A stretch of DNA of 63,185 nucleotides, filler included, from Choristocarpus tenellus KU-1152 (taxonomy: Eukaryota; Protista; Phaeophyceae): assembly GCA_964200185.2 (NCBI GenBank). It is 14 parts of 14 records of this genome, joined end to end, with 100 filler letters (N's around TTAATTAATTAA, not from the genome) between each part and the next. Parts side by side here need not be neighbours in the genome. Positions count along the whole stretch, not along the records: positions 9,405 to 14,824 come from CAXNAD020010838.1; positions 14,925 to 18,296 come from CAXNAD020020470.1; positions 18,397 to 20,898 come from CAXNAD020027281.1; positions 20,999 to 24,391 come from CAXNAD020020335.1; 10 more parts are not named here. One strand, written 5' to 3'. The position numbers and the translations under genes are program-made. Shown here one piece after another: positions 10,888 through 23,470 of the stretch (position 1 is its first letter; each line of letters starts with the position of its first letter). The notes below the pieces were generated by a model that saw nothing but the letters and a program-made list of their open reading frames with translations, was not told where the DNA came from and ran no database searches.

Positions 10888-13422
10888 ATGTCTCACGCTA
10901 TGGACCCCGCTATTCAGCGAGATATTAGAGCGATGCCAGGAAACACGGTAAGGCCTCGTTGTTAGCACCCCTTCAAGTGGACATTGAGGCATTCGGTATC
11001 GTCCTCTCGTTCTTTTGTTGTGACGAAGACTCCCAATTCCTGCGGACAATATGGTGTTTGAAAGTCTTACCTCATTTGTTTGGTGTTTCCGTCTTGAGGA
11101 AATGTGAATGAGTCTCTCCTCCCGTGCCATTCTAGGTCATGCTGGTGTGGCTCTATAATAGGCGTGGCCGTTATCGTCCAGTAATTTCTTGACCAACAGC
11201 AGGGACTAATGACCTCCTACGCTTGCCCTTTCGGTTGAAATTGCTTGTGCCTTGTCATAGCACTGCGTGGACTGCGGCTCCCCGAACCCTCAGTGGGCTT
11301 CTGTGTCTTACGGATGTGTGTTTTGCCTGGAGTGTAGCGGTCAGCACCGTGGGCTGGGCGTGCATGTCAGGTGGATACTCCCGTCCTTATACCTTCAGTG
11401 TACACCACAATAGACATGACTCCTAGGAGGCCTCCCGGACTGGAGTAGTAGAGTGCACTTGCTATACAACGGTGCACTTGTATCAGATGCCGTCGACGAG
11501 TCATTTCAGTGAACGGAGTTTTTTTTTCGGATATCACCCACAAACGTCCTTACGAGGAGTGAGGCCTCTACTGACCTACTTGTTATGTCCAATGAAAAGG
11601 CAGGGTGTGCATCTTTATCGCGACTTTCGTCTGACTCTAAATCAAATGGGCAAGGGACTTTTTTGGTGCCTATCTATCTCACTTCCCCAGTACTGGGTCT
11701 CTGCCATGGACCTGAGGATTCTCTACAGTCTATCAACACTTTTAAGTACTATTTCTACCAATCTTGGACGATGGAGGCAACTATGTGTGCATGGTGATTC
11801 TTTCGGTGATACTGTAGAGTATATGATCTTGAAAGATCAGCTGGTGTAAGTGGATTTTTTGTGGACATACCCGCCTTTGTACACACACAAAAACACCAGT
11901 GTTGCCCACCTGCCCCCCCCCTCACCCCCTTCTGTATTCAGCTTTGTGCGCTCTATCACCATGGACTCTTGGTCGGACAAGCAAATCAAGATGATGAGGT
12001 CAGGAGGGAACCAGAAACTGATCGACTGGTTTGAGAAGCACGGAATTCCCAAACGGCAAGTCATCTCAAAGAAGTACAATTCACCCGAGGCAGAGCTATT
12101 TCGTGAACGGTGAGCAAATATTCAAACCCACCACCGCCTTCCTGGTCTTACCTCCTTCCTTGGCCTTTCCCGAACGATGTGTGTGTGTGTGTGTGTGTGT
12201 GTTGGATGTATGTTGAAGCTGGCAGAGAAGAGTGTGAGAATAGCAAGACGTGACAAAAGATATGCCAAGCATGTGATCTATTTCTTAGTTCAGATTGTAC
12301 AAACCAGGCTCCTGTCTTGTCTCTATTCCATTCATGGTGATGCTTGTTTCTCGCTGGACCTGTCTATTTTTAATTGAGTTGGGGTGAGAGTCAAACATCA
12401 GTAGAGAGTGGGTGACCTAACCCTAAACTATGCATGTAGTGGAAAAGCAGGTGTTGCACTGCCCTTGTTCCTTGTGTGTGCCCACATACATGGCTTAGCT
12501 GGAGTGTTTTATTGATGGGTGTAGAAGTAGTACAATGTTTCCGTGCTTGTTAGACACAGAGGTGACGCTAATGACACCTACTGGGAGAGATCTTTGTACT
12601 GACTGCAATACTGTGAATGAAGTAAGGGTTTGGTGAGTGTAAGTTGAGATTGACCGTAAATCCTTGAAGGTCCTGTGTGTCGATCGTTGCATGAGTGTGC
12701 CTCAGTGAGTGAGGGAGGTGCGTTCAAAGCAGTGAGTGTTGTGTTGAAGGATACTTCTTAAGCGAAGTGTGGAGGATAGATTTGTGTCAGAAAATCTTTG
12801 CATCTAACCCTAACCCTTGATTGCTATGTTTATTTCGTTTCGATCAATTGAATCCGGTGGTGCAACTGACATGATTCACAGCTCTAAATAGGATTATAGA
12901 GTTGGGGTTAGGGCTAGTGTTAGGGTTGGAGTAACCTCTGATTGACTTCCCTCACTATCCCTTACTGGAGACCAGACCGTATGCATTGATCAGATTTGAT
13001 CAGTTTTTCGCATTGGTGTGTTATCTGTGTTGCCAATTGTGTTGCCAATTCAGATGTGAACTTCGCGTCTTGACAAATATCTACATACTTGGGTACCAAC
13101 TCATGGTCTGTACACAGTAGGAGCTACTTCCCTCAGTACCACTTTTAGTGGAGGAAAATTCGTTTTGGATTGGAGGGATGCCCTTGTGGTGACTTGCTGC
13201 TTTCATCAGATGCCATTCCACAGTCCTGCCCTAGCAGAACTATCTCATCCCCTTCCCCCCCCCGTCTCCTCTCATTGAAATATTCAAATATTCTAGTATT
13301 CTTTAGGGTCGTTGTGCCAGTACTTCCCTTCTGCTCTAATATCTGCACCAAACACACGAAGCCGTTTCTCTTTGTCCTTGAGTTAGTTAATTAGTTAATG
13401 TAACATTGATTGAGTCGCCTCC

Positions 13423-13463
<41 letters not shown>

Positions 13464-14253
13464 TTCCCCCCCCCCCCTCCTCCCACTGGGGGGGGCCCCC
13501 CCCCCCACAACAANNNNNNNNNNCAAAGCCGTTTCTCTTTGTCGTTGAGTTAGTTTGTTAGTTACTGTACCATTGATGAACTCGCCCCCCCCCCCCCCCC
13601 CCCTCCGTACCTTCCCCACCCGCCCTGTTGTCCCAACAGTCTGCTAGCATCAGTGGAGGGCCGCCCACTACCAACAGAACTCCCAAAGCGGCAGCCTTCT
13701 CCCCCACTCAGCGGTGGTGTCACTGTGGATGCACAGAGCATGGAACGCCTTCCTGGAGAGACAGATGGGGAATATGTCTCACGCCAGAGAGCACTGAGGG
13801 GGCAGGCTTCCACACGGATGCACAATAAGTTTGGGTCCGGCCGAATGGAGGTGGGTTAGGGTTAGGGATGGGTTGTGCTGTGCTGTGCTGAGCTGTGCCT
13901 TTCACAGTCACAGTTACAGTTACACAATGGTACAGTACGGGTTTTCCTCTTTTTTGGCGTTTTTGTAGCGGTGTTGCACATCCCAGTTTTTTTTCTATTT
14001 TTTTGCAATACGTCTAATCGCATCTCTTGAGCACAGTCTGTTCCATGATAGCTCTATAGTCAATAATTTGTCTTGTGCTGTAGTATTTACTGCAGTAATT
14101 AGGGTAGTATTTAGGGTTAGGGTTAGGGTTGGTTTACTCTTCGCATGGAAGTCTCTTCAGAGAGAGAGAGAGAGATATACCTTTATCCTCTTGGGTTGGG
14201 TTGTTTGTCTCTTGTTGTGTGTATGTCTTGACCAGCACCAGGGAGGGGCAATG

Positions 14254-14317
<64 letters not shown>

Positions 14318-14724
14318 GAAATTGTCATTTTTAATAAAAAGAAAAAGAACTATTTTACTGTTTTCAGGCAGGTTTTATTTACTTTTTAAACTCGTGGTAG
14401 TATCAGTTTGGGGTGTCTTCGGCAGTGGTCATGATCTGTCAAAATCAAATACTAATTTCTGGAGGATAGGTCTATGTGTAAGGTGTAACGTTCCCCCTCA
14501 TTTACCCTCACACTCCTCTGCATCCTTAACCCTAACCCCACCCTCCCCCCACAACCACCGCCTTCCAGGGATTGGGAAGTGACTCCTCGTACAACCCACA
14601 GAGTGGGGGGTATGGCGGGATGGCAAGTGGGGGCGATGAGCTGACAGGACAGATGGGTTTGCTGGGGCAGAAGTCCATGAAGTTCCTTTCTTCTTCATTT
14701 GCCCAGCTGCAGACAGGCATGCAG
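10888..14724 (+). CDS. ARFGAP1: ADP-ribosylation factor GTPase-activating protein, ArfGAP1/Gcs1 type; 5 exons, 3' end missing
   Basis: Exons 10888-10947, 11261-11370, 11942-12109, 13640-13850 and 14569-14724 are phase-compatible. They give MPGNT|[37 protein letters not shown]|[10 protein letters not shown]...GGNQKL...KKYNS. This contains the CxxC-x16-CxxC zinc finger and catalytic Arg, with a GLGS motif later. Confidence 0.93.
14254..14312. repeat. (CA)n microsatellite in an ArfGAP intron
   Basis: Read directly. Other CA/TG tracts at about 1381, 12178 and 44885. Confidence 0.9.
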
Positions 14725-14964
14725 GTTTGTTTGGTTTCTGCTTTTGCTGGTCTGCAGATATTGTTCTTTTGAACATAGGTGGGGGTTCTAAGTGGGGCCT
14801 TTTTTTTTGGGGGGGGGGGGGGGGNNNNNNNNNNNNNNNNNNNNNNNNNNNNNNNNNNNNNNNNNNNNTTAATTAATTAANNNNNNNNNNNNNNNNNNNN
14901 NNNNNNNNNNNNNNNNNNNNNNNNCCTCGCTCCTAGAACATCACTACCTCGGCACGTACCAGAT

Positions 14965-15281
14965 GAAACTCGGCAACATCACATGCATGGAGATGGTGCG
15001 TCCCCTGAGCGAGTGTGGCCTTGCGCGTGTCAGCAAGTCCATCCGTGAAAAAGGTTGGCTGGAGCAGTTTGCTCCGTCTGTCATCATCCAACGAGATTGC
15101 TTAGGCAAGCGCAGTTTCGGCGGTGAGCTGGTTCCCGTTGCCTAAGCAGTCTCGTTGGATGACGACAGACGGAGCAAAATGCTCCAGCCAGCCTTTTTCA
15201 CGGATGGACTTGCTGACGTGCGCAAGGCCACGCTTGCTCAGGGGACGCACCATCTCCGTGCATGTGATGTTGCCAAGTTTC
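14965..15281 (+). ncRNA. Long inverted repeat (144-bp arms, 29-nt loop); candidate hairpin RNA or pre-miRNA
   Basis: Arm 14965-15108 matches the reverse complement of 15138-15281 with 10 substitutions and no indels; 7 of them form G:U pairs on the + strand. The inverted repeat is certain; the RNA function is inferred. Confidence 0.5.
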
Positions 15282-17017
15282 GAAACAGCGCTTGCCATTC
15301 AAGGACGAACACTGGACAGAAACCATAGAATAACGGTGCTGAAGAGAGTTTGATCCCAAACGCGCTTTCATGATGCATGTCTACATGGAGTTCAACCAAG
15401 CATAAGAGAGGCTAATTGCCAACGGTGGGTGATGAAGTGTTGTCGTTGTTCCATGATTGCCTGATGACTCTTCTGATCTACCAAGTTGTTACCGAGTTTC
15501 CTTTGTTTGGTTCATCGTCAGTCAGCCCATTGTTGATCTTTTTCTTTCCCTGCTCTTTCAAAAACAGGATATTTCGAACCCGAAGTTGCTAATTGAAATA
15601 ATAATGTAACGTTTATTTGACCGTTGAGGTTTGTGAGACAGGAGCAAAACGGAATTTTCTCATGCATACTGTGGTTTGTCCCAGATGGGGAGGTTGAAAT
15701 GAGGCCTTATCTTGAGTCGTGTCGTGCGCACGTGTGTGCTCTGTTTGCATGTGAAGGTGTGCCGTATCTATATCACTCAGTGCTGGTGGTAAGGCTTCTT
15801 GTTTTGTCGTAACCTCTTTTGTTGACATAATTTGTTCTTATTTCTCTAATCGCAACTTGTACAATCTTGCTCAACAGTGACGCTGGCTATCAGGATCCTT
15901 TGGTTTTCCTACAACAGCAACACAGTAGTTTGAGGCAGAAAAAGTACAATAGGTACACAGCAGCATTGACATAAGCAATCAGGCCACGTTCACTCTGCAT
16001 TTCTATATTCGAGAAATACTGTTACATTTTTGCAATCAAATACTGCACAGCTACCTGTAACGAAAACGACAGGACAGAGCAGTAATTGAAGAGGCAAAAA
16101 TACAAATGAGATACAAGGAACATGCTTGGCCAGCAGCATCATCAATACCAAGGAAAAAAAAGGTGGGGGGGGGGCAACATCCATCCGCACTATATGCTAT
16201 GGATATTAATATATATAAAATATGCCAGACTATAATATATAGAGATGCGGTCATGCAATGACACCTGCTACAAAACCAAACATGTTAGCAGTGGGCTTGT
16301 TATTGCTCTCGGGCACTACTCTACATAACTGGCTCAATCAGAGATGTTCTCTGTTAAAAAGGTGAGCTATGATCAATGGATTGTTCAGGATGCACACACG
16401 TGTATATAGAGATAGGCCAAGCCTTTCCTTGCTTACCTAGAGGAAGACAAGCGAGGTAACTGTAAAATCGACGAAGGGAACATCTCAACCGCTGCCACTA
16501 ACTAGAAGATAGATGATAACAAAAAAGTAAAAAAAAACACAAACCCACAAATTAGTGCCTCTAGCAAATGGTAAACTTTAGGAGCTTCACACACCTTGCC
16601 TTTCATACATCTATCACTATCACCATCATACATAGTGCACCACAACAGACTTTCCGCACATCACAGAAGATACAATGTTATCACCAATACAGCAGGCAGA
16701 GAAGAAAAAACACGAGAATCAATCTCATACAAGACTCCTGAAGTAACACTTGTAGCACCAGATATGGTTTTACAGTAATCCTTTTTCCAAGTTGCCTCAC
16801 TGCTCACAACTCCTTGGCTGAAGAGGACGTACCCCCTCTTGCAGTTAACCACTCTTGATAGACTGGACACAGCCAGGCAGGAGTCCATTCTATACCGCCA
16901 CCGCCCGTCCAGGCACCAGACCAACTCCCCAAGACTGTGCAAGCTCTTTTTCATATTGCAGCTCGTACAGAAGCTGCACAAGCACCTTGAATCCAGAAAC
17001 GGCAAGCTTTCCCTCAC

Positions 17018-17156
17018 CAGGAGCGACTGCCTCTCCCTTCACCATGCCCCCAGCCCCTGAAGATGAAGACACCTTGGTGATAGTAGGGTTCGTGGAGGTG
17101 GTGCTGATGCCCAGAGACGACATCATCTTTTTATCCCTCTGTGCTCGGATGGCTTC
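17018..17156 (-). CDS. Possible isolated exon, unknown protein
   Basis: ttccag|EAIRAQRDKKMMSSLGISTTSTNPTITKVSSSSGAGGMVKGEAVAP|gtgagg. No partner exons could be fixed. Confidence 0.3.
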
Positions 17157-20137
17157 CTGGAAGATGCAAGAAAGTTGAAATGAGACAAAAAGGTTGTGAA
17201 ATTGAATTGAAGATGTGTGAGTTTGTGTATGAGAGGCATGCTCAAGTACTAACAACTAAACTCTTCATAGCAGGAAGATGTGCAAGAGTGTTCATCTTTT
17301 GTACATGGTGAGAAAAAAAAATGGCAGTGGCATACCAGTAATACCTCAAATTATGCGAACAGCTGTGTAGTATAAGTATAGAGGAGGATATGAGCTAGAG
17401 TCCGTACCTCCTACGATTTCAAATCTAGCATGTCAATAGGTGCATAGGAGCACAAGATACCCCACTCACCTAGTAGTTGATCATTATTATCATTTCAAGT
17501 AGAAAAAAAGACTTGCACACCATGCAACACCGAACCACATCCCGGGGGGATATGTAACACCTAAACATGCACACGTGCCAATACAACTATATTTTCCTTG
17601 AGAGCAAGACAGGATGCATCAGAGATGTAACCGCTGGTTCAACACTCTAAGCACCACAACAGGACCATTTCCAACTGTAGATTCCAAGTACCAAACCTTC
17701 AATTACAATGGTGCTTTTTCACTAATTCAAGAGCTAAGATGCAGCAAAGTCAACATCATTACTTGTCTGTAACAACCGTTAAGGAGTGTTCGTTTTTTAA
17801 ATATTGGTCAACAAATTTACTGTCTTCAATTCACGATCATACATCATATACATTGTAGTATATTATTATGGAATCCCATAGCACTTGGTACGCACCATTG
17901 ACCATCTACAAAAACACTTTATAGAAGTTGCCACATAATGTCATTTGAAGGGTAAAAATGAGACCACTCCAAAAAATGTGTTGGTAAATTCTTCCCCACG
18001 AGAACAGCACTTGGCACTAAGGCTAGAGTTAATCAATAGGAAGAAGTAGAGTTCTGAAGTGAAAGGAATTGCAACTTGCAAATAAAACTGGCTCATATCT
18101 CGCCGGCCAATCCCAAGGGAGTAGGTCTCCTGAGCAGCCGCCACCATAGGCTAAACATTTTGAGGTCAACAGTGCACAGATGTTTAACACATGGGTCAAA
18201 GTATCTGGGGGCGGTGGCAGTTGTACATTTGGGGCCAATTTTTTCATGTCGCGATTTTTGGGTGATTTGGTTCCATACGTTGGATGGATAGTGAAANNNN
18301 NNNNNNNNNNNNNNNNNNNNNNNNNNNNNNNNNNNNNNNNTTAATTAATTAANNNNNNNNNNNNNNNNNNNNNNNNNNNNNNNNNNNNNNNNNNNNGGGG
18401 GCCCCCTCACAAACCACCCCCCCCCCCCCAAGATACTTTGACCCGCTGGTGAGACTGTGACACAATGTTTTTTTATTAATTTTCACCAGTGGAGCAGACA
18501 CTGCTGTGAGAGAGGTTTGGATAGGGTATATACCTTTTTTGATGCCCTGTAGTTTTTGTGCATTAAGAGACAATTGGACATTTTTTGAAGCATGCAAGGT
18601 ATTTCTACTGAAAAAGGTTTCACTGAGTATGTTGTTGCATGGGTATGTAGGTATAAATCTTGTTAGTAATATACAGGAGGGAGTTTGATACCCACATTTA
18701 TGCTATTAGAAATACAATATGTGCTGCAGTCTATCAGTCATTTCTTGCATATTCTATTTCTTGAGAGTAGTATTGTGCTCTTTGAATCAGCAGTATTTTG
18801 GTGGACAAGGTGTGCATTAGGGCAATGGTAGCATGGAATAATGTGTGTACAATACTGTTCCTATGTTTGATCTATTTTATTTTATATTCTGAGATGAGTC
18901 TTATTTTGTTTAAATCCTATTGTACTGTGTATGCTGGAGATTATTCTAGGATGGAGGATATTTAGACCAGACTTCTTGGTCTGTTGTTTTTGTGTTAGGG
19001 TTAGGGTTAAACTAGAGAGGCATTCACCTCTCTCTACACTGGGGAGTGGGTGTGCTGTGCCTCATCAGTGCCCCTTAACCATCTTTAGGCTATAGATGGA
19101 GTTTGGAAGTGATCACCACCAGTTTATACTATTTCTAGTTGTTTTCATGGAACACTTTGATTTAGTGGATGGGCAGTGGACAGACTCTTTTGTATCAGCT
19201 GTGGATATGTATCATTTGAGGTGAAATAGGAAAAGCATCTAGAGGTGGATTGTAAGTGATCCTATTTTTGGTACAATGTGTTTATAATGGTACCAGCACA
19301 CTCTTGTCCTGTTCCAATAGGAAGGTCAAAATGTAACTGTCAGACAAATGCACTGAACGCTCTGGATGGGTAAGTTAGACTCACTTCAGTTGTAGCAAGT
19401 GGTATACTCTGCTTCATCTTAGGTTACAAATAATATACTCTCAATATATAATGCAATATGCTGATAAGAACAAACCCTACCAAGGCTGAATGAAAGTAGC
19501 ATGTAGTGAGTACTAAGTACTCTATAGGGTAGAATTTTAAGGATAATCAGTTAAGTGAAAAGACTAGTATACTGGAGTTGTAAGCTGTTCCCAAGTGTGT
19601 GCATGATCACCAGTTGATGCAAGTTAGGTTTATTATGGAATGAAGCGGATCATTCCGCTGAGAACTATTTTTCCTGTTTTTTTTTATTCCCACCCATACA
19701 TGAGTAACCTTTAACATACAAGATTAACCTTGAACACCAAGTACAATTCAGATTCGATAGTTACTGGGTTAGGGTTGGAGAGGTAGGGTGTGTCTCACCT
19801 AGTTTTTTGTTTGTTTGGTTGATGTAACTGACATGTTCAAATTTGTCCTTTCCTCTTCATGAATTTTGATGCCCTGACATAAACATACATGTCTCAACAA
19901 TTAGGAGAGAATTTCAAAACAAGTGATTTCATTTGATCTATGGGAAAGCAACAGCTGTCGCATTAGTTAGTGGATGCCTTGGTTTGCTCTACACAAGAAC
20001 CGAGACAGTACTGGACCTTAATGTGGTCGAATTTTGGACTGTAAGGGTCATGTTCTTTTGCACTTTGAAAGGGACAATCGGGAAGGAGGAAAATCGATTT
20101 ACAGAAGGGCTTATTCTGTCAATCTAAGAAAATACAG

Positions 20138-20170
<33 letters not shown>

Positions 20171-21025
20171 TCAAATGACTCTGTTGCTTGCATGAACCAG
20201 GTATCTTTTTTTATTTATGTGAAGAAAAAAACAAGAGCTCTTGTTTGCACATGTCCAGTTGAATGTTCCAAAATTTCGCACTTAGGAAAGGCTCTCATCA
20301 TCAAGGATATTGTCAAACAGGGGAGTATCACTCTGGTTCCTCCAGAGCACTTGCTTGTATCATGTTATTGGCTTTGTCATTTTGTACAATCCACCACGAA
20401 AATAAAAGCAAACGTCAAACAGTCCTGTGGTGTCTCCTACAGCTCACTATTCAGGATAAAGTTTCCATTAGTTCCCCGCCCAAGTCATCTTTTCTTCCTC
20501 TTCTACCTCTCTTCTACCTCTCTTCTACCTCCCTCGTTTCCTCCACCTCCCCTACCCACCCTGCCTGTCCTGCCATGACCCCTCTTGCAACTCCTGCTCA
20601 ACCCAACACCAGCAGGCCTTTGCTGCCCCTGTTGACCAGATTTTTGCCTACCATCACCACCACCACCAAGTGATGGAGTTTCTTTTCTGCTTCTCACTTT
20701 CCTCGTTCCCTTCCTTGTAGTAAAGGTAGTAGAGCCAAAGCTGGTAGTGGGACCTGCCAGAGATCTGAGCTGACTGCTGTTGTCTACCTCACGAGGATTT
20801 GCCATCTTGACTCTGTAAGACTGACGTCGCTCTAGCCAGTATGCTCCAGCACCCAACCCCGGGGATATGACCTATAATTTTATTTGTGTTGGGAGATANN
20901 NNNNNNNNNNNNNNNNNNNNNNNNNNNNNNNNNNNNNNNNNNTTAATTAATTAANNNNNNNNNNNNNNNNNNNNNNNNNNNNNNNNNNNNNNNNNNNNGA
21001 TGCACGGAAAGGAATTCCTAGGTGT

Positions 21026-21202
21026 GACCCAAAGTAGCTGGGGGGGGGGGGTCTACACCAGGGTGTCCATTTGCTCCAAAATCAGGAAAAGTGCATTGGC
21101 ATTATCCATCCGACGTATGCAACAAAATCACCCAAAAATTGCGACATGAAAAAATTGACCCCAAATGGACTGCTGCCACCCCCTCCGCAGATACTTTGAG
21201 CC
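21026..21202. mobile_element. MITE family B (~177 bp), TIR core CAAAGTATCTG followed by a G-run
   Basis: gacccaaagtagctggggg...ccgcagatactttgagcc. Related truncated ends at 6009-6046, 18193-18296, 18397-18444, 24492-24562, 28932-28970, 47616-47679 and 56062-56152, all at contig ends. Confidence 0.8.
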
Positions 21203-21879
21203 TTTTATACAGCGCAAGGGTGAGAGAGTCGGTACAGGAAAAGGACGGAAGGACGGATGGACGGATGGTTAGAGTCGTAGTGTAAGCAACTACTGCGACT
21301 CTTGTATGTTATATTAAGAGTGTGGACTGCATTTAGTTTTCAAGTATAGTATACTTCGAAGTAGTTTGTATCATCTAGCCGAGGCCAATCCGATGCAAAG
21401 GTCCCATATAACGATATTGGCGTCAACTTTTGCGACGAAATGTCCAAAATAGCCTTATATATATATATATATATATATTGATCCGGACGTAATACTTATC
21501 ATTCTGAGCAGTTTGAGGATTGGCGGGGGACACCATGACCGTGGGAGGAACATTTAGGACATTAAAAATACTGCTTGTTCATGCTACTTCCAACCAGTCA
21601 AATCCTATTTTCACAGTAGCAACAAATGTTACATTTCAGGAGTTAAATACAACCTGATCAGGATCAGGGATTGCACCGTAAGGGAACTTTGATTCGAATG
21701 GAATTGACCCTTCAAACCTTAATCCTGATTGGGGACGTAAATAGAGGACTCGAGCATTTTTGAGACATGATCCAACTCCCAACTGTCCACCTTCTCTATA
21801 CCGTCCAACTTTTTCTTTTTAGTCACATCGGGGGGGACTAACTGTTAAGAAACCCTTAGAAGGAAGATCCAAAAATAAT

Positions 21880-23470
21880 TATCTATCAGTTTCATGATAG
21901 AAACTTGAGCAGTAACACTCACAGTTGAGCAACACACTACTGCAGTTGCAAAACCGTTGAAAGGATCCACCATAGACTTTTTCAATCCTTTTTGCAGCTC
22001 ATATCTGAACAAGATATTAACAACACGTGACTTGAGCAGAAAGTTTGCAGTTAGGCGCACAGCTGCAGTTTCAAAACCGTTGGAGCAATCCTAAACTACT
22101 TCTATCCATTTCATCCATCCAAACGGCACAACATACCAACACGTGTGACTCGAGCAGCAACATTGTCATCTGTTGAGTTAAAGTATCTTAGAGGGTACGA
22201 GTTTTGCCCTGTTTGTCCATTTGGGGCTTGGCTTCCCTCGTTTTTTTTAATGACATTTTCCTACTCCAAAATATTTTGGATAGTTAAAATGTGTACGTTA
22301 TGAAAAGATGTGTCCGCAACAAGGATATTGACACTTCCTAACAAACACGATAGCCAAAATTATACCAAAATCGCACCATTGGATTTTGCTCCCCAATTGG
22401 ACGCGGCTCTACCCTCTAAGATACTTTGGCTCTGTTCAAACAGCGGCAGTTACAGACCATTTTTTTCTGCTCTACTCACCCAAAGAGCACGATTCACTAA
22501 ACGATGACGCTTGAACAAACAAGATTCGCATTCAGGCATACAGTGGCAGGTACTCCTTTGGAAAGATCCACAGTCGATGTCTGTCCGATACACATCTGAA
22601 ATGCACATATAGAGTATCAGCAGGTGAAAGATGAACAGAATCGTTCGTTGCCCATTTCTAGTTGCATAATGAGAAACAGTCGCAGTCAAACAGTACACTG
22701 TAGCAGCTGCAATGCTATTGAAAGGATCCAATGTCATTTAAAGTCAATTTCGCAACTCGTATCTGCACAAGATACCAACAGTTGACTTGAGCAGCAAGAT
22801 CCGCACCCAGTACCACAACAACAGCAGTAAGCAGTAATTATATGCCGATTGGAAGGATGCAAAAGTCATTTTGTGTCCGTTTTGCCCTTCCAATGGGCAC
22901 AAGATACCAACATGTGGAACTTTTTTCAGCAACAACATACTTAGGCACACAGTGGCATTTACAAAAAAACTTGTGATGGATCCCAATTTTTCCTCAGTCC
23001 ATTCCCCAATCCAACTCTGCTGAAGGTATCTACAGGTGACATGAGCAGCAACGTTCTCAGATAGGCACACAGTGGCAGGGATAACAACGGTTGGGAGGAC
23101 TAAAAACATAACCCGCCCGTTTTTCCCTTCTAATGGGCACAAGACACCAATTGGTGGCTACTTGCACAGAAATATTCGTAGCTAAGCACACTACTGTGGC
23201 AGTTACAAAACCCTAAGAAGGATTTAAAGAAAGGTTGATTTGCCCGTTCTACCACCAGAATTTACCAGTTGGTGACTTGAGTAGTAGTATTTTCATGGTT
23301 AGGCGCACAATAACAGCAGCCACTACACCGCTGAAAGGACCCAAAAATGTTCCCGCAAGTTTCACCCGTCCAAGCAGCATAAGATGCCAACAGGTAGGTA
23401 TATACCTTGAGGAACAAGATTCGAAATGAGGAACACAGCGGCAGCTACCAAGCCACTGGATGAACCCAAT
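21880..23470. repeat. Degenerate tandem array, ~120-bp period, 11-12 units
   Basis: The motif chain cacaagataccaac..gacttgagcagcaa..ttaggcacacagtggcagttacaaaaccgttggaaggatcc recurs, with anchors near 21903, 22029, 22147, 22506, 22626, 22784, 22917, 23038, 23157, 23274 and 23404. Confidence 0.8.
22175..22432. mobile_element. MITE family A, full copy inserted in the tandem array
   Basis: 23-bp TIRs GAGT(C/G)AAAGTATCTTAGAGGGTA; both flanks read TGTT (4-bp TSD). Confidence 0.9.

Noticed and set aside
13359-13610. Duplicated ~65-bp segment followed by poly-C on both sides of a 10-N gap
   Set aside because: Overlapping contig ends at a homopolymer; an assembly artefact.
20192-20856. Low-complexity ORFs on both strands
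   Set aside because: Explained by purine/pyrimidine skew; the strand and exon limits could not be fixed, although a - strand exon is possible.
21880-23470. CRISPR array interpretation of the ~120-bp array
   Set aside because: The repeats are far too degenerate, the intervening segments are mutually related, the context is eukaryotic and there are no cas genes.
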